DNA of 20,448 nt from a virus: the IMG/VR virus record IMGVR_UViG_3300040770_000293, positions 1 to 20,448 of that record; one strand, 5' to 3'. The position numbers and the translations under genes were made by a program. Positions 1 to 7,943 of this stretch are shown piece by piece; position 1 is the first letter of the stretch, and every line of letters begins with the position of its first letter. The notes beneath the pieces were generated by a model that did not search any database, was not told the DNA's origin, and was given only the letters and a program-made list of their open reading frames with translations.

Positions 1-123
1 CAGCTACTAATCGCAATAGCGGGATTTGGCTGAAATTAAAACGGTTTTGTACTTGGAGAAATTGGCGAAACCTCCAAAAAAATTGAATTTTAACCCGCTA
101 CATCGCCTAGTAGCAGAACGTTA
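1..123 (+). repeat. attC-like recombination site (left end truncated by window edge)
   Basis: Arms GCTACTAATCGCAATAGCGGG (3-23) and CCCGCTACATCGCCTAGTAGC (94-114) pair at 16/21 positions, followed by AGAAC-GTTA (120-123); same layout as the 956-1084 site. Confidence 0.75.
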
Positions 124-206
124 TATGATAGCTTAACCAAAATTCCGCAGAAAACTAAAACGGAAAAATAGCAGTTTGAAAGCGTTACTAAATAAAAAAT
201 AATATA

Positions 207-458
207 ATGCAATACCAACCAACAGAAGAGCAAATCCAAAAATGGGGGCAAAAAATCACAGAGTCCTTATATGGGTTTACAAAAGAGGATTTAGAACCAT
301 TATTTGAAAAATATGTTTTACCTATTTACAGAATGATTGCAAGAAGCCCTGTAGAAAAATCTAAATGGAAAATTGTAAACCGTGAAACAGGAGAAGAGTA
401 CTCTTTAGAAACAGCCAGAAAAGAGTTAATAGAACAGAAATTAGTTAATTGGAAATAA
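207..458 (+). CDS. hypothetical protein directly downstream of an attC-like site (cassette gene)
   Basis: 83 aa ORF with A/T-rich leader and ATG; overlaps the next gene convergently at 441-458. Confidence 0.7.
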   Translation: MQYQPTEEQIQKWGQKITESLYGFTKEDLEPLFEKYVLPIYRMIARSPVEKSKWKIVNRETGEEYSLETARKELIEQKLVNWK

Positions 459-653
459 TTCACTTTCAGGAATAGCAAATTCATCTCCTCCATCAGGATA
501 TGCTTTATATAGCCAAGCAATTCTTTGAGCAGGTGTTCTATCCCAACGAGATATTAAAATAACTGTTGTTTCTAACTTTGAGTTAGGATTTATAATTTTT
601 AAAATATCTCCTTCTTGATATTTTGGCACTTTTAGTTCAGACTTTTTAGCCAT
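441..653 (-). CDS. small hypothetical protein, SH3/KOW-like beta pattern
   Basis: PKYQEGDILKI...WLY...IPESEL; 2-nt gap to the upstream minus-strand ORF. Confidence 0.7.
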   Translation of the reverse strand: MAKKSELKVPKYQEGDILKIINPNSKLETTVILISRWDRTPAQRIAWLYKAYPDGGDEFAIPESELFPIN

Positions 654-655
654 AA

Positions 656-877
656 TTATTGTTTTAATCTTAATTCAGAGTGATAGACTCTATATTCTTT
701 TTTTGTTTCAATGTCTCTAATCCAATAGTTTTCTATAAAAGGTCTATCTTCAAAACTTCCGTCCTTATTTGGTAAAACATCTATAACTTGATACGAAGCG
801 TCAGAAAGGACACCATTACGGGAAGTGTACAATACTAAATCATTAACAGTAAATTTACAAGAACCAAATTTATGCAT
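656..877 (-). CDS. small hypothetical protein, SH3/KOW-like beta pattern
   Basis: CKFTVNDLVLY...YWI...VYHSEL; A/T-rich leader and promoter-like sequence upstream on the minus strand. Confidence 0.7.
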   Translation of the reverse strand: MHKFGSCKFTVNDLVLYTSRNGVLSDASYQVIDVLPNKDGSFEDRPFIENYWIRDIETKKEYRVYHSELRLKQ

Positions 878-887
878 AATAAATATT

Positions 888-923
888 TTTGCCGAAAGTA
901 CTAAAAAGAATTATATTTGGAAA
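888..923. promoter_or_regulatory. overlapping divergent Bacteroidota-type promoters
   Basis: + strand TTTG(888-891)-N20-TATATTTG(912-919), a full consensus match; - strand TTTC(923-920)-N19-TACTTTCG(900-893), one mismatch per box. Confidence 0.55.
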
Positions 924-955
924 GGAATATTAAAATAAAAACAACAACGAAGTCA

Positions 956-1084
956 TAACAGCGGTTTGTAGCTATTGTGGCAATTAGGCTTATTTGGAAT
1001 AATTTTGGCGGAAATAAAAATTAATAATAATCGGTTTTGAATGGTGTTGACTCCGCCACAACAGCTTCAAGCCGCAGAACGTTG
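956..1084 (+). repeat. attC-like recombination site
   Basis: TAAC(956-959)-A-GCGGTTTGTAGCTATTGTGGC(961-981)...GCCACAACAGCTTCAAGCCGC(1055-1075)-AGAAC-GTTG(1081-1084); 18/21 Watson-Crick pairs. Confidence 0.8.
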
Positions 1085-1135
1085 CACATTTCAAGTAATA
1101 AACATATAAATTGCATTATCCTTGCAATAAAATTT

Positions 1136-1166
1136 AAGCAGAGACCTAAAAGTTTCTGCTTTTTTG
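1136..1166 (+). terminator. rho-independent terminator
   Basis: AAGCAGAGAC-CTAAAA-GTTTCTGCTT stem-loop running into a T tract. Confidence 0.8.
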
Positions 1167-1167
1167 T

Positions 1168-1198
1168 TTTGTATAATGAAATAAGTTTTGTATATTTG
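1168..1198 (+). promoter_or_regulatory. Bacteroidota sigma70-type promoter
   Basis: TTTG(1168-1171)-N19-TATATTTG(1191-1198), 17 nt before ATG 1216. Confidence 0.75.
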
Positions 1199-1215
1199 TA
1201 AAAAATAAATACATT

Positions 1216-1596
1216 ATGACAATAAATAGAACTTTAGATAAATGGGAAACTTTTACAAACAAACTAGTAGAGCACTTTATTAAAAAATATTTTGAATTAG
1301 AGGATGAAGAAATAACAGTGGATTGGATTGGAGATGACGTAGGATCAGTTTGTATGATTAACGATTACTTCTTCAATATGAGTGATATTAAGTTTTGCCT
1401 AAAAAATAATGTAGAGGTTAATAAATTGTTTGAGTGGTACGACTATGTTATTGAAACTCCAGATGAATATATAAATTTAAACTCTTTTAATATGGGAGCA
1501 GAATCTGTTATAAAATCCCGCAAAGAAAGTTTAGAGAAAAGTAAAATAGCAGTAGAGGAATCAGAAAAACTATTTTTTAAAATGTTAAAAGATTAA
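1216..1596 (+). CDS. hypothetical phage protein
   Basis: 126 aa, first gene after promoter. Confidence 0.8.
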   Translation: MTINRTLDKWETFTNKLVEHFIKKYFELEDEEITVDWIGDDVGSVCMINDYFFNMSDIKFCLKNNVEVNKLFEWYDYVIETPDEYINLNSFNMGAESVIKSRKESLEKSKIAVEESEKLFFKMLKD

Positions 1597-1598
1597 TT

Positions 1599-2186
1599 AT
1601 GAGAATAACAACTAGAATTAAGAATTTTATATTTCTTTGGCGGGAAAATAAAAAAGATACAATGAGAGAAGACTTTAATGTAGATAATATATTAAATCTT
1701 ATTAAAATCTTGTATAAAACAAAAGGATGTATAGTTAGAAATTTAACTTGTTCCATAATTAGAAAACATAGAAAAGAACACCCTTACAGAGTTAAAGATT
1801 ATTCCAAAGTAAAACAGTTATATGACAGTTTAATACCTTTAGATTTTTCAAAAGTAACTGTTGACAGTTATGTTGTAAAGTTTTCTGTGGAGTATCCTGT
1901 TAAAGGTAATAGATGGTGTGAATATTATGTTGATAGAGGAGGAGATGTAAGCACTTATAAAGTTCATAGTAAAAAATCTAGTCCTTACAGTTATTGGAGC
2001 TTGGAAGACTATAGGGGTGAGTGGAATCATTTTACTGTTTTAAAAGAAAAAACTTTAAGAGCTTTCCGTTTTGCTACAGAGATAGAGATTGAGAACTTTA
2101 AAAATCGCCGAAAAAACTATGAAACAAAGTTAAAACAGATAGAAGAAAAACAAAAAGAGATAGACAAATTACGTAGCGAATTATAA
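1599..2186 (+). CDS. hypothetical phage protein with C-terminal coiled coil
   Basis: 195 aa, 2-nt gap from previous gene. Confidence 0.8.
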   Translation: MRITTRIKNFIFLWRENKKDTMREDFNVDNILNLIKILYKTKGCIVRNLTCSIIRKHRKEHPYRVKDYSKVKQLYDSLIPLDFSKVTVDSYVVKFSVEYPVKGNRWCEYYVDRGGDVSTYKVHSKKSSPYSYWSLEDYRGEWNHFTVLKEKTLRAFRFATEIEIENFKNRRKNYETKLKQIEEKQKEIDKLRSEL

Positions 2187-2191
2187 CAAAT

Positions 2192-2431
2192 ATGGTACTT
2201 AGATTATATAAAGTAGATGAAGTTACAGGTAAATGTACAGGAGCTAAAAGAGATTATCCTTCAAAAGAACATTTCATTAAATATGGATTAGAGACTTATG
2301 AAAGATATGATAGGGAGTATTACTCAGAAAACCGCCCTACGGGGACAAAAGCTAAGCTTTGCTTTTTAAATGAAAACAATAAATGGGAAGAGTTACATAA
2401 AAGTATTGTAGAGGAGATAATAAAAGGATAG
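2192..2431 (+). CDS. hypothetical protein
   Basis: 79 aa, tight operon packing. Confidence 0.75.
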   Translation: MVLRLYKVDEVTGKCTGAKRDYPSKEHFIKYGLETYERYDREYYSENRPTGTKAKLCFLNENNKWEELHKSIVEEIIKG

Positions 2432-2433
2432 TT

Positions 2434-2637
2434 ATGAAAGTAAAAGAAAAAAGGATAGTGTTTCAAGTATGGAACGAAGATGACAATAGTAAAACAGGTT
2501 GGATATCTTACGGCTGGGTATTTAAAGATAGTTGGGATTATATACGAGATTTAGATTGGACAGTAGTAGAGCACTTAGAATCAGATAAATTTGGAAATCC
2601 TACGTTAGGTGTTGCTGAGAAAGAAACAGAGATATAA
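2434..2637 (+). CDS. hypothetical protein
   Basis: 67 aa, tight operon packing. Confidence 0.75.
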   Translation: MKVKEKRIVFQVWNEDDNSKTGWISYGWVFKDSWDYIRDLDWTVVEHLESDKFGNPTLGVAEKETEI

Positions 2638-2813
2638 TGACAGAAGAGGAGATAGAAAAATATAGACTAACATCTATGAGTAACGGTTGGTATAGAAGTC
2701 AACAAGGATTGATATTTATGCCAGGAGATTACAAAAGAGCTTACTTATCAAAAGTATTTAAAATGAATGAACAAGATGATAATACAAATAAATTAATATT
2801 AAATAAATTATGA
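2637..2813 (+). CDS. hypothetical protein (58 aa, not in ORF track)
   Basis: MTEEEIEKYRL...LNKL; TAATG overlap upstream and ATGA overlap downstream. Confidence 0.65.
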   Translation: MTEEEIEKYRLTSMSNGWYRSQQGLIFMPGDYKRAYLSKVFKMNEQDDNTNKLILNKL

Positions 2814-3109
2814 AAAATAAAGTGACATTTGCAGAAGAGCCAACTCTATTTGAAGAAATATCTGAGTTTGAAATAGACTCTATTCAAGACCATAGGAGAG
2901 GAAGCGGTTTTTGGCGAGAAGATATTATAGAATTAAAAGCAGAACATAAAGAATACTTTCTTGAAGTAAAAGATTTTGAACAGTATTTAGGAACTTGGAA
3001 AACTAATCAAGTTTTGTGGGACAGTGAATATGGTTTTGAAGAAACATTTTCAGAACTTTACAGAGTTGAGAAAGAAGAGATACTTTCCTATGAGTGGGTA
3101 ACAGTATAA
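2810..3109 (+). CDS. acidic hypothetical protein
   Basis: 99 aa, E/D-rich, operon packing. Confidence 0.8.
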   Translation: MKNKVTFAEEPTLFEEISEFEIDSIQDHRRGSGFWREDIIELKAEHKEYFLEVKDFEQYLGTWKTNQVLWDSEYGFEETFSELYRVEKEEILSYEWVTV

Positions 3110-3112
3110 ATT

Positions 3113-3322
3113 ATGACAAACAAGGAAGAAATAATAGCAGCTCTAATAAATGTAGGTTTTACTAGAAGATATGATGGAGATGACTCTAATTGGATTTATA
3201 AAAGTTATTCAATAAAAATAAAAGAAAATGCGACTCTAACAGATGTATTTAAACTTTTAATGAGAGCTTCAGAAACAATAAAAATTTGGGAAATAAAATC
3301 AGTATTAAATATATTACAATAA
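3113..3322 (+). CDS. hypothetical protein
   Basis: 69 aa, operon packing. Confidence 0.7.
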   Translation: MTNKEEIIAALINVGFTRRYDGDDSNWIYKSYSIKIKENATLTDVFKLLMRASETIKIWEIKSVLNILQ

Positions 3323-3324
3323 AA

Positions 3325-3639
3325 ATGATAGAAACAGTAGAACAATTAAAAGAAAGAAGACCAGAATTGGTTAGTGAATTTGAAGCTATGAGCCGAGAAG
3401 AATTATTAAATCAAATTTACTTAGAAGTTATTGATGGAATAAACATGGAAGATAGAGTGCAACTATTTATGTCAGAGTGTACAGATATGAGTAAGACAAC
3501 TTACACTTTAGAAACTCTTAAAAAATTGATTAATGACAGGCGTATTAGAGATATTAGTTTTTTCTGTGAAGCTATGTTGGAAGACATTGAAGGTATGGAT
3601 ATAGAAGAAGTAAAACAGTATTTAATAGAAGAGGTATAA
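3325..3639 (+). CDS. acidic helical hypothetical protein
   Basis: ATG 3325, 2 nt after the previous stop, preferred over the track start at 3286. Confidence 0.75.
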   Translation: MIETVEQLKERRPELVSEFEAMSREELLNQIYLEVIDGINMEDRVQLFMSECTDMSKTTYTLETLKKLINDRRIRDISFFCEAMLEDIEGMDIEEVKQYLIEEV

Positions 3640-3641
3640 AA

Positions 3642-3881
3642 ATGAATTTAGAAGAATTATCACACGACACATTTTACAGAATGGAAAACTACAGTCAAAT
3701 TGTTATTGACTTAGTTTCAGACGCAGAAGACTTATATACTTATGAAGAAAATAAGTATGGTTTTGGAGCTTTAGCTTATACAGTTGGAAATGTCATTGAG
3801 GTTATAGATAAAACTAGAGAGCACGATTTAAAAGCTTTGAAAGACCTTTACAGAATATTAATGGACGAATTAGAAAAATAA
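3642..3881 (+). CDS. hypothetical protein
   Basis: 79 aa, operon packing. Confidence 0.75.
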   Translation: MNLEELSHDTFYRMENYSQIVIDLVSDAEDLYTYEENKYGFGALAYTVGNVIEVIDKTREHDLKALKDLYRILMDELEK

Positions 3882-3883
3882 AA

Positions 3884-4165
3884 ATGACTTTAGAACAAAT
3901 TAAAAACAAACAAGAACTACTCAATGAAGACCTTTACACCTTATTATCAAACTTAAGTGTAGTAGTAGAAAGAGTAGTTGGAGCACAATCTATGAAAGAA
4001 CAAGAACTAGCTTTATCAGACTTTCCAGGATCAGGATTACTATTTGAAATAACAAACAGTCAAAACCTTACAGAAGACTGTATTAGTAGACTTTTTGACT
4101 ATCAAAGACTTTTAAGTAATGGGGTATATAGTCCTGTAGAACCTTGTGTTGAAGTAAAAAATTGA
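3884..4165 (+). CDS. hypothetical protein
   Basis: 93 aa, last gene before terminator. Confidence 0.75.
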   Translation: MTLEQIKNKQELLNEDLYTLLSNLSVVVERVVGAQSMKEQELALSDFPGSGLLFEITNSQNLTEDCISRLFDYQRLLSNGVYSPVEPCVEVKN

Positions 4166-4200
4166 AAATTATAATAAAGTAGTATCTGACATAAACCACT

Positions 4201-4241
4201 AAAGGGTAAGGAGAACTAAAAAGCTCCCTGCCCTTTTTTTT
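4201..4241 (+). terminator. rho-independent terminator
   Basis: AAAGGGTAAGGAG...CTCCCTGCCCTTT stem running into a T8 tract. Confidence 0.75.
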
Positions 4242-4348
4242 GTATCCTATGGTGTAATTATATAGAGGGGTTAGGTAAAAATAAAAACTTGATATGTAAT
4301 TAAATTTATAACTACATAGTATTTCAATACCTTTAACAAAAAAATATT

Positions 4349-5434
4349 ATGGCAACAGGTAAGATAAATCACATAGGTGAGGTTTTTGGAAATTTAGAAG
4401 TAGTAGGCGAAGCGGAAGGCTATAAACAACCAAGTGGTAAGTTTGTAAAAAAAGTTTTATGCAAATGCTTATGCGGAACAGAAAAAATAATAGTTTACAA
4501 AGATTTAAAAAGTGGGGATACTAAATCCTGTGGATGCTATAGAAACAGTTTTAAAAACGACATTGTTAAAAATAATGTTTATGGGTTATTGACTATCATA
4601 GAAGAAGTTGAAAAATACATAAGTCCTGGCGGAGCTAAAACTAGAAGGGTGCTTTGCGAATGTGCTTGTGGTAAAAAGAAAGAGTACAACTTACAAACTT
4701 TGAAGTCGGGTAATAATAAAGATTGCGGTTGTGTTTTTAAAAAAGAGGTCGCTCTAAAAAGAAAAATAAAAGAAGATATCACTGTTAAAAAAGAGGTTAC
4801 TTTAAAACCAGAAGATACAAAAGAAGAGCAATGGAAAGAATCAATAATAAGCAGTGATTACTTAGTAAGTACTTTAGGAAGAATGTTTTCAACTAAATCA
4901 AATAACTACTTAAATACTAACAGAACTAGCATTAGGTTACATATAAATAAAATTGAAAAAGAATATGTCATATCTAAAATTATTTACGAAACATTTATAG
5001 AAAAAATAGACACTGTTAAATACCTTATATTTTTTATAGATGAAAACAATTTAAATTCTTCACTAAATAATTTATTTCTAGCTCGGCGTACAAAAGTAGG
5101 TAGTTCAAATTGGGTTACTAGGTTATACGCTGCTATGAAAACTAATGGAAAAGAAAAGTTAGGACAGAGATTTAAAGAAAGAACTGTTTCTAAAAAACAA
5201 TTAATAGATTTATATAAAGAACAAAAAGGATTATCTTATTTTTTAGGTATTAAAATGGATATGACGTGTAGCGATAAATTACTATCAGTTTCTGTTGATA
5301 GAATAGATAACGATAAGGATTATATAGAGGGAAATATTAGATTGGTGACAAGATTTGAAAATATGGGTAGACGGGATGCAACTTCAGAAGAATTTTCTAA
5401 CTTTTGTAAAAAATTAAAATACAATAATTTTTAA
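4349..5434 (+). CDS. composite HNH-type (homing) endonuclease
   Basis: Two N-terminal G-x-L-x-V...LCxCxCG...LKSG...CGC zinc-binding repeats, a NUMOD4-like segment EQWK...YLVSTLGR, a degenerate HNH (FFIDENNLNSSLNNL) and a C-terminal SVDRIDNDKDYIEGNIRLVTRFEN nuclease motif. Confidence 0.8.
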   Translation: MATGKINHIGEVFGNLEVVGEAEGYKQPSGKFVKKVLCKCLCGTEKIIVYKDLKSGDTKSCGCYRNSFKNDIVKNNVYGLLTIIEEVEKYISPGGAKTRRVLCECACGKKKEYNLQTLKSGNNKDCGCVFKKEVALKRKIKEDITVKKEVTLKPEDTKEEQWKESIISSDYLVSTLGRMFSTKSNNYLNTNRTSIRLHINKIEKEYVISKIIYETFIEKIDTVKYLIFFIDENNLNSSLNNLFLARRTKVGSSNWVTRLYAAMKTNGKEKLGQRFKERTVSKKQLIDLYKEQKGLSYFLGIKMDMTCSDKLLSVSVDRIDNDKDYIEGNIRLVTRFENMGRRDATSEEFSNFCKKLKYNNF

Positions 5435-5927
5435 AATGTTGAGTGTCTATTTGCTTCTATATCGTCCTACTAGAGAGACCCCCGCAAAAAAGTAAGATTC
5501 TTCCTAACCCCCACCTACATTTTTCAAGGCTTCAAAAATTTCCCACCAAAACCCAAAAAACACTTTTCAGAATTTGAACTTTGCACCTATTTAACATTTA
5601 TCTTATAGTATATCACTATATAGGCTTAAATACTTGTTTTAAGACTTTTTAAGGCACTATTTTAGTAGTCTTGGTATCTAAGTATTACTTTATTTAATTT
5701 GTAGCTTAATTGCAAAATTCAATATTTGTATAATAATTCTTACGCTCAATTGTTTAGCCCTTTTCTTACTTTATATACTTTGTAAGAATTTACTAACTCT
5801 GTTAAGCCTTGATTTTGTTGACTTCTTAATATTTATTGAAAATAGTTACCTTTTTTGTATTGTTTTACTCTAGTGTTGTTGTATCTTTGACCCAACAAAT
5901 AACAACAACCATTTAAACACTTATATT
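5435..5927. other. long non-coding block, possible genome terminus or packaging region
   Basis: About 490 nt without an ORF; C-runs then T-rich on the + strand, unlike the purine-rich coding flanks. Confidence 0.4.
5860..5889 (+). promoter_or_regulatory. Bacteroidota sigma70-type promoter
   Basis: TTG(5860-5862)-N19-TATCTTTG(5882-5889) ahead of ATG 5928. Confidence 0.65.
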
Positions 5928-6179
5928 ATGCTTAACTACCAAAAATTAATGGATAACGACCCTACGGAATACGAAAGATTTTTAAACAGTTTAGGGCAAG
6001 AGATTGTATTTTACGAACATCCTTTTAAAGGCGATGAAGCCGAAGTAATATGCGTATGCCATAAATTGAAATTGGCTTCATATAGCGGATTTTTTGAGAC
6101 TTCTGATATGTTAGAAGATCATAAAGAATATGAACCAACTTTTGTTGATGGTAAGTATTTAGTTGGTGGTTGGGAATAA
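5928..6179 (+). CDS. hypothetical early phage protein
   Basis: 83 aa; FYEHPFKGDEAEVI motif; follows promoter. Confidence 0.8.
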   Translation: MLNYQKLMDNDPTEYERFLNSLGQEIVFYEHPFKGDEAEVICVCHKLKLASYSGFFETSDMLEDHKEYEPTFVDGKYLVGGWE

Positions 6180-6251
6180 CTAACCTTTGCTTTTTATTCT
6201 TTTTTGGCGCAAAATTAAAAAAGAAAATTTTAACCTTTAAATAATAATATT

Positions 6252-6425
6252 ATGATACTTAATAGCGTTTACCTTCTTATTTTTATAGCAGTTTTATTTG
6301 TTGTAGTTTCTTTTTTGGCGCAAAAAACTGAGAAACAATTTATAGTGAAGTTTGGAATAGTTTTAATTATTGTCTTCTCACTTACATTTTTCAACTTACT
6401 TTTAACACTAACAAATCAAATATAA
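6252..6425 (+). CDS. small membrane protein (57 aa, 2 TM; not in ORF track)
   Basis: MILNSVYLLIFIAVLFVVVSFLAQK...FGIVLIIVFSLTFFNLLL. Confidence 0.6.
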   Translation: MILNSVYLLIFIAVLFVVVSFLAQKTEKQFIVKFGIVLIIVFSLTFFNLLLTLTNQI

Positions 6426-6429
6426 TATT

Positions 6430-6597
6430 ATGAAAATGTTAAACAACGGTATGCAATGCGAAATTTTAAAGGTATTTAAAAACGCTTCAAACAATACAAA
6501 GATAGTTAACGAACAAACGGTATTTACTGACTTGTTACGGGTTAAACTTTCAAGCGGTAAAATAGTATTAATTTGTGAGTCTGAACTAGAAAACTAA
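6430..6597 (+). CDS. hypothetical protein (55 aa; not in ORF track)
   Basis: MKMLNNGMQCEIL...LICESELEN, A/T-rich leader. Confidence 0.6.
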   Translation: MKMLNNGMQCEILKVFKNASNNTKIVNEQTVFTDLLRVKLSSGKIVLICESELEN

Positions 6598-6602
6598 AAG
6601 TT

Positions 6603-6680
6603 ATGACAAAGATATTAAATAAAATTTATAGAGAATTAACGGAACTTGGTAGAATTGCTGGACAAATAAAAAGACAATAA
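6603..6680 (+). CDS. possible 25 aa peptide
   Basis: MTKILNKIYRELTELGRIAGQIKRQ fills the gap between operon genes. Confidence 0.35.
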   Translation: MTKILNKIYRELTELGRIAGQIKRQ

Positions 6681-6698
6681 AAACTAAAAAATAGTATT

Positions 6699-7112
6699 AT
6701 GAAGAGTAAAAGAGAATTTTTAAAAGAAGTAAGCAGTCAAAAATTAGCCAATGCAGTTATAAACCAAATAGGGCTACCATTTAAAGAGTTGTTACAGTAT
6801 GCAAATGATTATCGGGATGCAAGTGGAGGAGTGAGTGGTTTTATTTATTATGTTGATACGCATAAATTCGCAATAAAAAACAGAAAGGAAATTGTAAAAC
6901 TGTTAGAAGAGTATTCAGATAGTTTAGGCGAAAATGTAATAGACTTTGTAAAGGAGTTTCAATGTTTAGAACTAGATAAGGAAGACTTAAAAGAATTGTA
7001 TAAGTTTTTAGGCGGTGCGAAGGTGGAACAAAGTAGTATAACAAATGCTTTGGCTTGGTTCGCTCTTGAAACAATTATTTATGAACTTATAAACTATAAA
7101 GAAAATGACTAA
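6699..7112 (+). CDS. conserved phage early-region protein of unknown function
   Basis: Motifs SGGVSGFIYYVDT and NALAWFALE, recalled from a widespread phage family (not searched). Confidence 0.75.
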   Translation: MKSKREFLKEVSSQKLANAVINQIGLPFKELLQYANDYRDASGGVSGFIYYVDTHKFAIKNRKEIVKLLEEYSDSLGENVIDFVKEFQCLELDKEDLKELYKFLGGAKVEQSSITNALAWFALETIIYELINYKEND

Positions 7113-7416
7113 TAAAGAAAAGGTTAATTTGTACTTAGACTACGTGAACAACTATTTAACAGTTGGTAAGTTTTCACTGAACAACGGTTTAACGTTTAAT
7201 GAAGCAGTTATAGTTATTAGTGAGGGTAAAGCATTAAATGAAGAATTGGCGCAAAAGAAAAAAATAAAAGGGAATAATCTAATAACAACCGTTTCAAACA
7301 TACTTAACAAAAGAGTAACAGAAACGGAAGCCAAACAATTTGCTCTAGATAACTACGGAATTTTAGCCACACATATAAGGCAAAATTTTATAGAAAAGAA
7401 TAGGAATAACCAATAA
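7105..7416 (+). CDS. hypothetical phage protein
   Basis: 103 aa; YLDYVNNYLTVGKF motif; overlaps previous stop. Confidence 0.75.
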   Translation: MTNKEKVNLYLDYVNNYLTVGKFSLNNGLTFNEAVIVISEGKALNEELAQKKKIKGNNLITTVSNILNKRVTETEAKQFALDNYGILATHIRQNFIEKNRNNQ

Positions 7417-7423
7417 AAATTAT

Positions 7424-7431
7424 TATCTTTG
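7424..7431 (+). promoter_or_regulatory. -7 promoter box
   Basis: TATCTTTG 30 nt upstream of ATG 7462; no clear -33 box. Confidence 0.45.
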
Positions 7432-7461
7432 CTTTTTATTGGTAATCAAAACAAGTCAAAA

Positions 7462-7683
7462 ATGTATATAATCATAAACAAAGCAACACAAGAAAGTGCA
7501 ATAATCAAAGAAAAAATAGCCGTTTCCTCTTATATAGGTAAAAGTGTGAGTACAATTTATAGAAACAAGGAGTTAAAATGGTGGGAAACTGACAAGTTTT
7601 TAATTTATAACCCTCAAATAATACTATTAAAGAGTAATAGAGGGGGTAAAAACAACTTTAAAGGGACAAATGATATGTATTGA
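7462..7683 (+). CDS. small basic protein with HTH/NUMOD1-like motif
   Basis: AVSSYIGKSVSTIYR resembles a helix-turn-helix; ATG 7462 preferred over TTG 7429. Confidence 0.6.
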   Translation: MYIIINKATQESAIIKEKIAVSSYIGKSVSTIYRNKELKWWETDKFLIYNPQIILLKSNRGGKNNFKGTNDMY

Positions 7684-7734
7684 TTAACAAAACAAATCAC
7701 AAAAATCCGCAAAACAATAAAAAACAGAAGAAAA

Positions 7735-7920
7735 ATGGAACTAATTACCCTATACGCAACTAGAGAAAGAAAGAGTCCTTACAACATACAAACTATACTA
7801 AGATATAAAGATGGTAAAGTAAAAGCAGTCTTCAGTAGTATGCTAAAACAACCTCGAAAAGGTACTAAAACCCTGATTATCAATTGTTTTAGGTACAAAA
7901 TTAATTGGGATAACGTTTAA
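7735..7920 (+). CDS. small basic hypothetical protein
   Basis: 61 aa, A-rich leader. Confidence 0.65.
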   Translation: MELITLYATRERKSPYNIQTILRYKDGKVKAVFSSMLKQPRKGTKTLIINCFRYKINWDNV

Positions 7921-7927
7921 AAATGAG

Positions 7928-7943
7928 TGTTCCACGTGGAACC
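7928..7943. promoter_or_regulatory. parS: parS-like ParB binding palindrome
   Basis: TGTTCCACGTGGAACC; perfect 14-bp palindrome 7929-7942, 15/16 to TGTTCCACGTGGAACA; intergenic. Confidence 0.7.

Noticed and set aside
4293-4318. TATGTAATTA-N6-TAACTACATA inverted repeat upstream of the HNH gene as an operator
   Set aside because: Almost all A/T, single copy, easily produced by chance
5589-5616. dif-like site (ATTTAACATTT resembles the reverse complement of the XerD arm)
   Set aside because: Only 9/11 in AT-rich DNA and no recognisable XerC arm
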